From contig CM120640.1 in assembly GCA_051362555.1 (NCBI GenBank), positions 13,888,001 through 13,952,000 on the forward strand: DNA of 64,000 nucleotides, read 5' to 3'. This document shows positions 12,300 to 25,456 of the stretch, piece after piece. The notes under the pieces are model-generated. The model made no database searches. It was not told the DNA's origin and saw nothing but the letters and a program-made list of their open reading frames with translations. A program made the translations under genes and the position numbers. Each line of letters starts with the position of its first letter. The stretch's first letter is position 1. This DNA is from Lingula anatina (taxonomy: Eukaryota; Animalia; Brachiopoda).

Positions 12300-15200
12300 T
12301 TAACCATTGTCATTATTTTCAACTTTATCTATAGTCGCATTAACAGTTTCCCCTTTTAACCATGTCTTTGATTTAATAGAGTGTTCTTTCTTTTCCTGTG
12401 CTATTCCTTTTCCTTGACCCAAAGCAGAGAACCTATCTTGAGCTTTCAACCACTTTTCCTGTGTATTCTTGACGTGAGCATCATCCATAGACCTCTCCAC
12501 TGATACTGCTGAACCCAGGCCTGCTGTCTGCCGCAGCCGGATATTAACTTGGATCTAGAAAATAACACAAAGTGATAAATTGAAAAAAAGAAGGAAATGT
12601 TAAAAAAAAATCATAATTTCATTTTAAATAAATCATCTTCTGTGGTTATTAAATAACATGTTGTGTCTAGCATTTCATACAAGTATTTTTTGTAACTACT
12701 TAACCACAGAACAACTTCCTTTTTTGAAATGTCACTTAAGGGGTACTGTTGATTGTCCACTTTTATAAATCAAGACAAAAAAACATATCCAATAATAATT
12801 CATTTCTTTACCTTAATATTTCTAATACAATTTATTAGTACAATTTATTATTGATCATCTTAAGACCTTTTCTTCCCATGCAACAATGCATATGTAATAG
12901 CAAGTGGGAGTAGATCAAAAGGAGACAAAACAATAATGCTTCTTCCCATATCATAGCTGTAGGGCTTAATGTCTGTGAACTAATTGAGGGAAAATACCAA
13001 GTAATTCTGCTCAACAACAAGTGCACGTATTCTTCTTTTAGTGCATGTGCACCTTTATGTGCAAGTGTCTCAACTAAACAGGATATATCAATTTTAAATC
13101 CAGACCCAATATTTTCATATATTAATAACACATTCTTTTTTATCTGTCAGCATCCATGTTTTCCTCTTTACTACCAATTTAATAAAAGTTGTTGGGATCT
13201 GATTTCACTTTTTAGCTTATGTGATCATACTTTTAATTAAAAAAGGAACTTACTGGTTCTTTGATTCCTTTCTGTGTTTTCCCAAGGCCTTCTCCAGAAG
13301 CCCATCCCATCTTCTTCAGCAACTTGTGACCCTTGTTCTCTGTAGATATAGCCCTTCAGAAAGGAACAAGTCATGATAAATTAGAAGACTTCTCATTTTT
13401 CACCCAGGCCACAATTTTTCTACTCATTTTGTATACTGCCCTTTCTATGTATATTATGAATTGATTTTTCCAACACATATTTGTCATGAGAATTAAAAAA
13501 AAATTATATTTTTCCAGAACCACAACAAAAACCAAGCTTTGGAAATTAATCTGCAGCAAACATTCTGCAACCCAATGAAAGTTATAATTAACAGTCACAA
13601 TTCAATTTTATACAAATGAAAGTACTTCCCTCAGAATTCCTTATATTTAAGTAACATTTATTGGGAATAAAGAGTGAAGGCAGCCATTCTGTGTCTACAA
13701 GGGTACTTACACATCAACAGAGGCCGGGGCGTCATCCTTTTGGTATGGATTATCACTGCCCACTGTCTTCCTTCTCACCTCCGCCTTGTCAGTGTAAGCA
13801 GGATTGTTCACAACAGAAGAGTTTTGTTCATATGGGGCACTCTGAAAAAAATTTTATAACTATTAAATATTAGACAATATAAAATCTTATAGTTATAATT
13901 ATAGTGAAAGAAATGATACTGTGTGTGCATGTGCATGCACGTGTGCGCGTATTGTAATGTGGATCCATAAGAAATATAAGCTTCTATAAAATTCATAATC
14001 TTTCTGTTTCAATGTTCAACTTTTGGAAGTCACCCATGTGAAAATTTCTGAAAATTACTCATAAATAAAAAGAAATTTCTGAAGAAAGGGCTTTTGATAA
14101 TGCAAACCATTTAGGAGACTGGTATTGAACTTACCTCTAGTCCAAATTTTTTCCTAATTTTCTTCATTTCTTGTCTTCTAAGCTTTTCTTTATCTTCTTT
14201 ACTGAGGATTTTTATTTCTATAAAGAGCGAAAGTAGTTGAGTTTTATTTCTTGCTTGATATATATATTTTCTTAACTAAGAACTTAAACTTCTTACAGAA
14301 AGACTTATACCTGGGTTTAAGTGATACCAAATTAGAAACGTCATCCAATAATTAAACAGTGCCAAAAAAATATTTCCCGCTTCAATGTGTTTCAATTACT
14401 GTCACAATAATTGTAAAAAGGTGCTCAAAATAAATAAATAATAAATACAGTAACCTCTGGGTTGTTCTTGCTGGGCTTTCAGGTGTGCCTGGACCTGGCC
14501 GGGTTCACAGAGATCACAGGTCTCCAGGCCAGGATGGATGTGCAGGAGGAATGTGCTTTCAGCTATCTGCACTGTGTCCCCATGGGTCAGAGCATGACAA
14601 GAACTCAATACCTTGGGCTGCAATACCAAATAGATACAAAAGTCAACAATACTTAACCCAGGCAAAGTAGGAATCAGGAGCTCTTGCAAGGCATGGAAGG
14701 AGCCAGGAGCTTACCCCTCCCCAAAAGATAGGTATAAACAATTTCTGCAACACAACAGATTGCACTATATTGCATTTTTATCAAAAATGTCATTTAAAGT
14801 TGTAGTTGAACTATATGATGGCATTTGGGTGGGTTTTAGGACAAACATTGACTTCTAATGTATTTTTAAAGCAGGGGGGGGGGGTATTTTGGGTTTCTGC
14901 TCCCATCCCTCGTCAAAATCCTCGATCTTCCAGTGCGAGGTATACAGTGCCTTGCTAAACCACATTTTATCTAGGATTTTTGAAAATGTTTTTAAAAGAA
15001 AATTGTCTATTTCTACCAGTCCATTACTTACACTTCTTATCATGTAAAACATTTTAAAACCACTCTATTCCCTGCTGATAAAAAGAAAAAAAGCTCATTA
15101 AATATCTTTCTAAATGTATGTGGTTTACATGGGGCTTTTAGGGAGTCATCCTTGTAGAATAATGAAAACGCACAGGTACTTAGGTACTCATAATGGATGT

Positions 15201-18200
15201 TCTACATTCTTTCACATGTGTAAGTGACGCTCACCTCAGATAACCTCTGTCCATTGAGAAATGTCCCATTTTGACTGGCATAGTCCTGGATTGTATAAAC
15301 TTGGGAACTGTCATCATACTTTACCTCAGCATGCATCTTCAATAAAAAAAGTGAAACTTTAATTTCTACTGTAAACAAGGCAGCAAAGCTGTCAAATGTA
15401 CAGACAAAAAGCAGGAAATAACTATGCACAAAATAGGCTACTGTCAATTCTGATGCAAAAGTACATTATGTTAAACTGCAAATTCAACATCAAATTTTAA
15501 TTATGCTCAACAGGTAATACCAATGTAAGTAAAATGTGTAAACAAGCATAAGGCTTCAGGCCCATGGCAGTTCAAGTTCACACTTTGAAAAAGTATAACT
15601 TCCAGAAAAAGAAGCCAATTAGACTGCTTTTCCAACTCAGGCTGCATTTTAGTCCTGTATTTCTTTTTTGAACGTTTGGCAATCATCAGTAACATGGTTT
15701 TCCCATAATGGTCATCATGGCAGCAGCACCCAAAATTGTGTTTTCTTCTATTCTGATGCAATATTACATAATGGTTAACAGCATAATGACCGTCAATTTT
15801 TAATAATAAAATATACTTTTCATGGATTTTCAGAAAATGTGACTAGCATGGGTCTTCAAGCCCATGGAACTTCAAAGTCACACCTTGAAAATGCCAATAT
15901 GTGAAAAATTAAATTTTTACAAAAAAAACTGTTTAACTAGCAGAAAGAATTACCAAACAGACTGCATTGCCTACTGAAGCTGTATTTTAGTCCCATGTTT
16001 CTTTCCTGTAAGTTTGAGAACAGTAAGTGACATGATTTTTCTGAAATGGTCATCATGGGAGCAGTGCCCAAAATATTTTTTTTTCCAAATTTTGATGCAA
16101 TATTACATAACATTTAACAGCATAATGACCATCAATTTTTAATAATTAAATATTAGTATTATGGATATTCAGAAAATGTGACTAGCAAAGGTCTTCAGGC
16201 CCATGGAACTTCAAAGTCACAACTTGAAAATGCCAAAATGTAAACAAGACAGCACTGTTCTGAAATGTTTTTTTTTTTTTTTCATTTTTAACACTTTTTT
16301 AACATAAAATTAACAGTTTACTGCCATTTTTATATGATCAACTAAGAAAATTGATGAGATGGGAAAATATCAATAGAACAGTGTCAAATGTCCAATTTCC
16401 TCCATTCTGAGTTTCTGAACATAGTGAATGATTGAATCTTACAAACTGTAATGATATGAGTTTATTTCCATTTTTGAAACTTTATTACACAATACACGAT
16501 AACAAGTTTACCATCATTTTTACAAAATCAACTAACAATGTTGTAAAGATGCAGGAAATGTCAAACAAACACTTTTACTTATCTTATTAATTAAATAATG
16601 AAACTGTTAACATGCCTAAAAATTGAATCTGAGGAAATGTGAAACAAGACAGCACTATTCTGAAATGGGTTTATTTCCATTTTTAACACTTTTTTAACAT
16701 AAAACAAAATTAACAGTTTACTGCCATTTTTTTATGATCAACTAAGAAAATTGATGAGATGTGAAAAATATCAATAGAACAGTGTCAAATGTCCAATTTC
16801 CTCCATTCTGAGTTTCTGAACATAGTGAATGATTGAATCTTAAAAACTGCAATGATATGAGTTTATTTCCATTTTTGACACCTTATTACACAATACACGA
16901 TTACAGGTTTACCATCATTTTTACGTAATCAACTAACAATGTTGTAAAGATGCAGGAATGTCAAACAAACACTTTTACGTATCTTATTAATTAAATAAAG
17001 AGACTGTTAACATGCCTAAGAATTGAATCTGAGGAAATGTGAAAAAACAGCATAACTTATAAAATAATGGTCCGATTATGCTGATTTTCGAACTTGACCT
17101 GCGTTTTAGTAAGATTGATTACTCCTTCAAGTTTCATGACAACAGGCCTATGGGTTTTCCTTGAAATGTGTTAACAGTTTTGCATATATGCTGAAAAGTG
17201 AAAAAACAGCGTAACTTATAAAATAATGGTCCGATCATGCTGATTTTCGAACTTGACCTGTGTTTTAGTAAGACTGATTACTCCTGTGAGTTTCATGACA
17301 ACAGGCCTATCAGTTTTCCTTGAAATGTGTTAACAGTGTTGCATATATGCTGAAAAGTGAAAAAAACAGCATAAATTCTACAATAATGGCCCGATCATGC
17401 TGATTTTCAACTTGACCTGCGTTTTATGAATATTCATCAGCTCTGTAAATATAAAGCCAAAAAGTAAAACTGTCTTCCACTTATGGTGTTAAAGCTGAAA
17501 GTGCACGGCGACATGATCGGCGACGGCGACGGCGACGACAGACGCAGGTGATGGCAATATGTACAGACACATCTGTGTCTGTACATAAAAACACCATAAG
17601 ATTTGCCTTTAAGCGATAAAAGTAGAAAATGTTACATAAAGGCTGGTTATATTTTAATTGCTGGCATTCATGCCCCCCAGTCAAATCTAACAGTGGTAAA
17701 TGTTTCAAAAACATATTTACTCTTAAAATTGCACTTGTGTAATCAGGGTAAGATTACATAACATATATTACATATCAATGACAAAAAAAATAAAAAATAA
17801 TAATAATAATAAAAAATAAAATAAAAATAAAAAATGATAGTGACTGTGATGTTTTTTAACTGGTTGCATAAACAGCAATGAAATAATGTTGTCATTCTAA
17901 TCCAGCTCCAATCTCCAGATGATGATCTGACACACCATATGTGTCACTGTCAGACACAAACAACAACCTGTTTCAAATAGGGGAGTTCTCAAAACTCTCA
18001 TTCTAAAAGAGAAAATTTATTTTTTCTCTGTGCTATAGTCAGTGCAATATGTAAAGCCAGATGATGTATATCTGTCTCCATTAAGATAATTTTAAGTATT
18101 ATTTTTGTCTTAAAAGACAAAAAAAGTCATAAGTAAACAGAGCATATGCCGTTTAACAAAGACTAGAAAATGAAATAAAGGTTTGTAACTGCTGATGGAA

Positions 18201-21200
18201 AATTTGAAGAAACCAAGATGATGCCATGGTTAGCTATCCAAAGCAGACAATTCTGCCAGTCTCTTCATTAATGAATCTCCACATGCTTATAGAATAAGTA
18301 GGCATGAGTGATAAATAAAAAACGAAGATGCTACCTACATTGACTTGAAAATTCTGGGTACCCATAGGATAGCAGAGATCTATTGCAGTATCAAAATCAT
18401 GTTTTAACATTAGAAATAAGAATTCCAGATTTTAATGTTAAATTAGTGAAAATAGCAGTCAATCTTCCTTCTTCCAGCCTTGGGTAAGGGGTATCACAGC
18501 TACCTATAGTCTATATCATCAGAGCATCATAAATACTATTAATTGATGTTAACAGACACATTACTGCAGTGTGACAACCTAAAAGGTACACCCACACCTA
18601 CAATGTTGAAGCATTATCTTCCACAGGGAAAATAAACTTTCTAACTACAAGTATGGGCTTTACTGTTAGCATTTGAAGGGAAATGAATGATGATGGAAAT
18701 TTGGCATGTTCCTCTCTTAATCAAAATAAAAAGAAAAAAAAAAGAACTTGCCAAACAAGTCAGACGTGTATACCAAATAGACTGTTGATTTTTATAACAG
18801 GATAAAAACATCTTGTAATTATTCTGAGCACATCTGATGTGTGACAGTAAAGGAGGGATTCATGTCAATCAGCTATATCGTTTACTTGCTTTTATTCACT
18901 TGCGCACACACACACACACATGCACACACACTCTCACCATATAATAATTTAATATATGAAATCCAACCATAGTTTATTCAGTAAATCTCCCCTTACCTTG
19001 CTAACCTGTAAATCTGGAATGAGTATGGCATGCCCCATGTCCTTCTCTCTCCCAATAGTAGCACCAGGATAGGTGAAGATATAGAGAGTGCCTATGTCTA
19101 GAGTGCTGGACTCCTTCACCATTACACGTATACAAGGAGGGTAGTTGGCTGTCATAGCTGGAATATTTATTAACAAGATATTTTAATTCACATTGTGCAC
19201 TTTGTAGATTCTGAAATCAATGAATGGCACAAACATGGTGGACTGAGGAACTAAAGCAGTTCTTTTAAAGAACATATACAATATTTAGAAGGAAGGCCAA
19301 ATAAATTCCATTCAATTTTCATTTCTGTTTTGTAATAATAAGAAATATAAATCATTGGTTGACCGGTCTAAATAATGTATTTATTATGGCTATGCTTTCT
19401 TCGAATAAAGAAGAAAAACCTGTCTGCTAGAAACCCAGTTCTTCTCATCATACCTTCTTCAGGGACAGGCTCACTGTTACTGCTGCTGTCACTGTCATTG
19501 TCAGATGAACTAGAAGACAGTTCCCCATCCTCAAGTTCAGTATCTTCTTCATTACTACTGTGGCAGTTACCACTTCTATCGAAGTCAACACATTGGTTTT
19601 TATTAGACTGAGAATTCTCTTCCTCTTGTTTCAAATTTTCTTTTCCTTTGTTACGCTTGTTTTTAGATAAAGTTCTATTGCTTTTGGAAATTGTTGGTTC
19701 TGTGATATCAACCATATCTTTGGTTTCATTCAATCTGCTATCCTTAATATCACTGGTAGTTTGCTTTTTCTTATCTATGGGTTGATCTAGTTTTCTGTGT
19801 TTAGACTTGTGTTTCCTCATTTCTGAGTGCCCAGTAGCTTCTTTCCTCTTATTCATTTCCTAAGCACAATACACATTATGTTTGTAGATATAAATGCTTG
19901 GTTGTAACTTAAATTGTAAAGGGAAAGGTTGAAAATCATCATGTTTTTTTAATGCCAATATGTACTGTTAACAAACCTTCGTATCATTTCACTGGCAGAA
20001 GTGCTGTTTCAGACCTTATAAACAGATAAGGCGTTTTCTTACTCGTGTGTTAGATTTGTGAGCACAAATGCCCAAATTAAAGTCTCCAGCCATGAATTAA
20101 GTACCCCAATGTAAAATTGTCACAAGCACAGCGTTTCATTACACAAACCATTTATCTGCTTATCCACCAGTTCGGTATGTTCCATAAGAGCTAGAGATTG
20201 CTGTATAAAAAGTACCCGTAGGGGCCTATTTATACAGCCAGAGACCCAGATGGAAGCTGACAATATTATTTGTGTAATGAATTGCTAAGCTTGTGGCAAA
20301 TAATAATATGTTGCAGAAGTTAATTTGTGGCCTGAGTTTTTAATTTGGGCATTTGTGCTCCCAAATCGAAGGCTCATATTAGAAAACAACAATTACCATT
20401 TATGTAGCCAGTGTTTGTGTCACATGATAAGCCATGTCACAGGCTTTACTTATAGAACTGTACAACTGTAGGCATTATTCACTGATGATTTTCAGCCCTT
20501 CCATTTACCAACACAAACACAAATCATTTGTTACCTAAGACATTAGAGGTCAACTGGCAGAGATGAAGTCTGGAGAGACTGGACGTGACAGCAGATACAT
20601 CCTCATCCTACAACAAGAGGAGCAGGAAGCATTGTTCAGCATAGCATTTCTTTACAATTACTACAGGGAATTATAAAAAATGGGATTGTTTTGAATGATG
20701 ATGAAGCCAAAAGGAACTTTTAATATCCAGCCAAAATAATATGGATATATCAAACTATTCATTTTTTAAAGGAAATCTAACCAGCCTTCATTTCTACCGA
20801 AGAAGCAAACATGGTATCACAAATACTGAAATCAAAACACACAATGAAAAGCTATTTAGAGTGCTACAGAAACAATTAATTCAATGATACAAAATAAACA
20901 GTATATTTACATGTTTTAAAAGTCTAGACCAAGTACTAGGATTTTAGACTAAACCAGATTTTATACCTAGAAATAGTATGCTTAAAGAACTCTTGTACTA
21001 TAATTGTGTAAAACTTACTAGTTACAAAATTATTTACTGTACTGTTTCAGAACAAAAAATATTTCTTTTTGGCAATTTTGATGCAATATTACTTAGTGTT
21101 TAAAGGCATAATCATCACCAATTTTCAATTTTGCACATTCAGAAAATGTAACTAGCACAGGGCATCAGACCCATGGGAGTTCAAAATAGACACACTGAAA

Positions 21201-22789
21201 ATACCAAAATGTGAAAAATGAAAAATTCACAAAACAAAAACTGCAGAATTTCGAGAAAATACGAGTCTGTAAATAAAAAGGAGATTTCAATAAAACTTTA
21301 CAGGAAACAATTTGGTCAAATTTAGTGTTAAGTGGAGAAGTTAAGCTTACCTCCTTGTCTTTATGCCTATTGTGTTTTCTATGACTTCTGTGTTCTGTGT
21401 CAGCATCATACATTTGGAAGTCTTCGGTACCTGCTTGTGCTGTTTGGTAATAACTTAAATCTGCCTGGGAGTGAAATACATAGCTCTCTGTGCCAGCGTC
21501 ATAATAGTAATAGATTCCTGTGTTTGGATCATAATAGAGAGACTTCTCCTAGAAGGTGACAGAAAAGAAACATTCAGTTTTTTTTTGTCTCCATACTGTC
21601 TTCATGTGAATTGTTAAGTAGTGTTCTTTTTAAGTGTTAAAACAAATGCCATGGAAAAAGATATACAAGACTGTAACCTTTTACTAGTAAGCACATGAGG
21701 TAAATAACTATAGACTAAGAACAGCAAATATCAAATATTCAATGAAAAATTTTAACACACATAAGGTACATGAGACTAATATAGTGCTGATGTTCATATC
21801 TAATACATTCAGCAGAATAACCAGAAGTCAAGCTTTATGTTATAACTTGACAATTTCAACATTATCTACGCTGATAAAGAAAAAATTCTCAATGTATTGA
21901 ACCCCCTTATAATGATATTGCTTTCTCAACCTATACTTACAGCATCATAGTAATAGCCTGTGTTATAATCATAGTATAGGCCTGTGCTATCATCATACAC
22001 ATATCCAGATTGGTGCAATGCAGCTTCCGCTGTTGCCTTCAAACTGTCTGCCAGGGATACACCTTCCTCACTCTACCGAAACAACAATTTGATACTTGCT
22101 TAATAAAAGTGATGATTAACATATGAAAACTTAAACATAGTGTTAGTGTGTTATTTTTTTAAATGACATCCTAGAGTTGAAAAGCTTAAAGCCATAAGTA
22201 AAAGTAATGCTGTAATATGATGTGATTTTTATTGGAAGCAAAGCATTTGGAAAATTAAAAGTTAGAATGGTTTCATACTTCAGGATCTTTGACAGGTTCA
22301 CTCCATTCTTTAAATTGTCCGATTTCACCATCTGAAATGTGAGAAAAAATGAAGTAGTACATAAAGCAGCCAAGACTTCAAAGGAATATCCATCAAATTA
22401 CAGCTTGCACTTGCATATCTTGAGTAAATGAGGAAACAATGAAAAAGATTTGAGCTTATTTTGATTTACCGCAGACAAATTATTTAATCCATAAATAAAA
22501 TATTAAAATACATATATCACATACTTGATTCCTGCAATAAAGCCTCCGATACTTGTGTTGAAGCATCACTCCGTTTTTTTCCAGATGATTTATATGCATG
22601 AAGTTCTTTGCTCAACTGTTCAACCTGTTTTCGCAAGTCTTCATTATAGCTGTTAATTTTATCATTCCGCCTTTCTGTTTTTGACAACTTGTGTAAGGCT
22701 TTCTCCAGTTTCTTTTGAGTTGATTTAAGTTCTGAATCTAAATCTGCTATTTTTCTTTTGAGATCTTGAACTTCTGGTTGCTCTTCCAT
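12300..22789 (-). CDS. AGGF1: Angiogenic factor with G-patch and FHA domains 1 (coiled coil, OCRE, FHA, G-patch), ~682 aa
   Basis: 12 phase-consistent GT-AG exons: 22789-22525, 22331-22279, 22072-21941, 21548-21351, 19859-19454, 19157-18997, 15336-15235, 14617-14455, 14217-14135, 13841-13711, 13353-13254, 12554-12300. Motifs: OCRE GYVYDDSTGLYYDYNTGYYYD; FHA ATIGREKDMGH...SQNGTFLNG; CDLCEPGQV; G-patch NKGHKLLKKMGWASGEGLGK. Confidence 0.95.
15373..17591 (-). mobile_element. Helentron-associated interspersed element (HINE) with internal tandem arrays, in an AGGF1 intron
   Basis: Minus-strand 5' end: T-run + ATGTACAGACAC-agat-GTGTCTGTACAT hairpin (~17560-17586) followed by a (GTCGCC)n microsatellite. 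Interior: ~160-bp tandem repeats (17040-17430), a ~400-bp direct repeat pair (16240-17040) and ~300-340-bp repeats (15560-16240). 3' end: subTIR GTCTGTACAT + hairpin GACAGCtttGCTGCC + TTGTTT. Confidence 0.8.
19914..20510. mobile_element. Foldback/MITE-like element with long imperfect inverted arms
   Basis: 19914-19943 pairs with 20481-20510; GAGCACAAATGCCCAAATTAAA (~20060) pairs with TTTAATTTGGGCATTTGTGCTC (~20340); centre near 20215. Confidence 0.7.
20535..20607 (-). CDS. AGGF1: Candidate alternative AGGF1 exon (DEDVSAVTSSLSRLHLCQLTSNVL+G), phase 0 to 1
   Basis: Strong acceptor GCTTCCTGCTCCTCTTGTTGTAG| and donor TAG|GTAACA; open in the AGGF1 frame; same phases as exon 19859-19454. Confidence 0.55.
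21050..21250 (-). repeat. Fragment of the 15373-17591 HINE family
   Basis: Shares TTTTGATGCAATATTAC, CAGAAAATGTAACTAGCA and CCCATGGGAGTTCAAA with the units at 15560-16240; other fragments lie at ~25529-25562, ~27780-27850 and ~60340-60634. Confidence 0.6.
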
Positions 22790-23870
22790 ATTTCAGTCTG
22801 CAACATAAACAGGATAAAATGGAACCATATTGGATTTTCTCATGTAATTATAAGTAAAATATAAATTATCTGAGCAAACAGTGACTCTACTTGTAGCCAG
22901 CCATGTTGTTAATGCATCTTTATTCCCCTCATCAATTCTTGAAAAAAATGTCACTTTCAAGCTCTGGCATTTACAGAAAGGTTTTAAAATTCAGAATTAT
23001 ATAAAAGACAGGCCAGAAATTGTTTGCAACAACACTGCATTCTTTGCTGTAGATGCCCAAAATTTGGTGTTTAACAATAATCTAGATCCCCAATATTTCC
23101 AGGTAAACAGACCAAGTACATTCTGTACTGTAAATAGTCATTAGACTACCAAATTACTTTTAGTGCAGGGACATGTAAGGTTATGCACCTGAGAAGAAAT
23201 AATGCTAAATTTGAATACTCAATGGGAACTACCAAATTAAGTACTATGATTGTAGACCTAGGTGTAGAAGCTGACAATGAACTGAAAACAGATCTTGATT
23301 TTCTGTGTGTATATATACTGGTACATGTTTATACACAAGGAAAATCAAGAAGGCCAATAGAACCCCTGACTTGATCAGATCTTCCGTGTTTTTGGATGAA
23401 GTCACTTTTAGTTTATTGTAAAAAATGCCCTCCCCCCCACACACAGGATGCTGCAGTAATGCTGTACATCATTTTTGATAAATTATAAAGGTGAGCTGTT
23501 ATGAGCATGGATATATTGCACGTACTCTTATATCTTTTGCTTCTTCATTGAAATTATTTGGTAGTAGCCAAGAAGAAAAAGAGAAAACTTGTTGCAACTA
23601 AAAGGTAAATGTCTGGACAACTGATGTGTTCTTTTCGAAATCAGATAACATCACTTAATGCAAGACCGCATTTTAGCTTTAAAAAGCCTTTACTTCACTT
23701 CAGTGGTGCACCACTGTGCACTTGAGCCGTGGAAGGAAATCTGCAAGTGCAAGCAAAAATCTGCGCCAAAATCTTGAGTCTCAGTTTCACAACCCTACCA
23801 CTGCAGTGCACCACCTACCACTGCGGTGCAGTAAGTCTGCAAAATACTTCTACTAGCTGCTTTGACATAC

Positions 23871-24141
23871 CCAACATTGCTTGAAGAAGACTTTAACTAG
23901 CTGCTATGCAGGTCACTGCTTTGAACACTACTTTCGCAGCTTTTCGACATAGCACTTCCGGTCGAGCTGATTTGCCGGAAGTTTACAGCAGCAGCAGAGA
24001 TGTCGCCACCAACACCGGATGCGAAACGAAAAAAATGCTTTCTCTTTAATTTTTTTAATCGCAAAAGAACAAACCGGTGTGAAAGAACTCAACCTATAGT
24101 TTTTATTCACAAAATATAACGTCATCATGAGTTTCACAGCA
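23871..24141. promoter_or_regulatory. Bidirectional promoter and candidate first exons of AGGF1 (-) and the PARP6/8-like gene (+)
   Basis: Local CpG enrichment; inverted ETS pair ACTTCCGG (23954) and CCGGAAGT (23975); minus-strand donor GG|GTATGT at 23870; plus-strand donor GCA|GTGAGT at 24142. Confidence 0.7.
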
Positions 24142-24595
24142 GTGAGTGACGAGAAGCCAACTGGTGGAACGCTTGTAACGTTACAGACGTTGTCACAAAC
24201 AAGGATGTATTTATATTATGAGTGAACGCACATTCACATTCTTGCCTTACTTCCTTGTTGTGGCCACCTTGAGAGGGTTTAGTTTAGTAAGTGCTGACAA
24301 TAAAACGTGAATTTTGGGAATGTTTAAGTTACTAACGACAACCACAGAAGTAGATACTAGTATGTCACATGTCCAGTAAGGCAGTATACAGTATTATGTA
24401 ACCGGTACACATTGAATCTGATTACAAGTGCATGGTTATCTCACTTATCTCACTAATGGGTCGGATGTGGAAAACAAAAGATCGACATGTGGTAGATCGA
24501 CAACTGTTCATGAGTCTTCAACTGAGAGCTGTCTGGCCATGAGCTATAGTAATTTTTTAAAGAAGAGATTATTTGCATGATGTGATTGTGACTTA

Positions 24596-24810
24596 GACCC
24601 CATTTCCAGAGATTAGATGGATCTACTTTAGATCGACCTAACTCCCTGGGGGTTCACGCTAAATAGCTGTCAGCCGAGCGGACACGAAAGTTAACTACCC
24701 CCTTACAGCTTGTAGTAGGCGGGACGAACATTTAAGCCAGATTATCTGACAGTAATCTAGTGAGACTCCCCGCTGGGATAGATCGATCTAAAAGCTCTGG
24801 GAATACAGCC
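24596..24810 (+). mobile_element. PIF/Harbinger (Tourist-like) MITE, copy 1
   Basis: Imperfect TIRs GACCCCATTTCCAGAG and CTCTGGGAATACAGCC; TTA on both flanks (3-bp TSD); near-identical inverted copy at 33869-34076. Confidence 0.8.
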
Positions 24811-25109
24811 TTAGACTTGCCATGTAAACAGGCATGATAATACCATTTCCTCTAGAAGTAGAGGAAATGGTATTATCATGTAAACAGGCATGATAATACC
24901 ATTTCCTCTACTTCTAGAGACTTTTTCTACTGAAACTACACTGATGATGAGATGATACCTGGACCATGTTGGATGGCAATGGTGATGAAATGATGTTTGC
25001 ATACACCCCAACATAACTTAAACAAAGGCTTGGTTTAAAGTCAACAGGCATATTGCAACAAACAAAGAGTGAACAATAAACAAAAGATAACTAAGAAAAG
25101 CACAGAAGA

Positions 25110-25364
25110 ATGGATGAAGTATGCAGTAGAGATGACTTTGATAAAACTGCATACAGGGTTGAAAACAACAGTGATACAGAAGAATGTACTGACAGTGATG
25201 ATGATCCAAATTTATACAGTGAAGAGGAACATGATTTTGACAACTATTATACTGTCAATAGTGATGGAGATGAGGTGATGCTACTCTTGTTCTTAATGTG
25301 TTGTTTTAATAGGGTTTAATTTTGAAGTTAAACAAATTAGACTAAATAATGCACTGTCCATAAG

Positions 25365-25456
<92 letters not shown>

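Noticed and set aside
1157-12300. Identifying the left gene as CRHBP from human AGGF1 synteny
   Set aside because: Only signal-peptide-like sequence is visible, and the position relative to AGGF1 does not match the human arrangement as I recall it.
17040-17430. Tandem arrays (also 31700-32300 and 46480-47180) as CRISPR-like arrays
   Set aside because: Contiguous monomers with no unique spacers, inside eukaryotic HINEs, and no cas genes.
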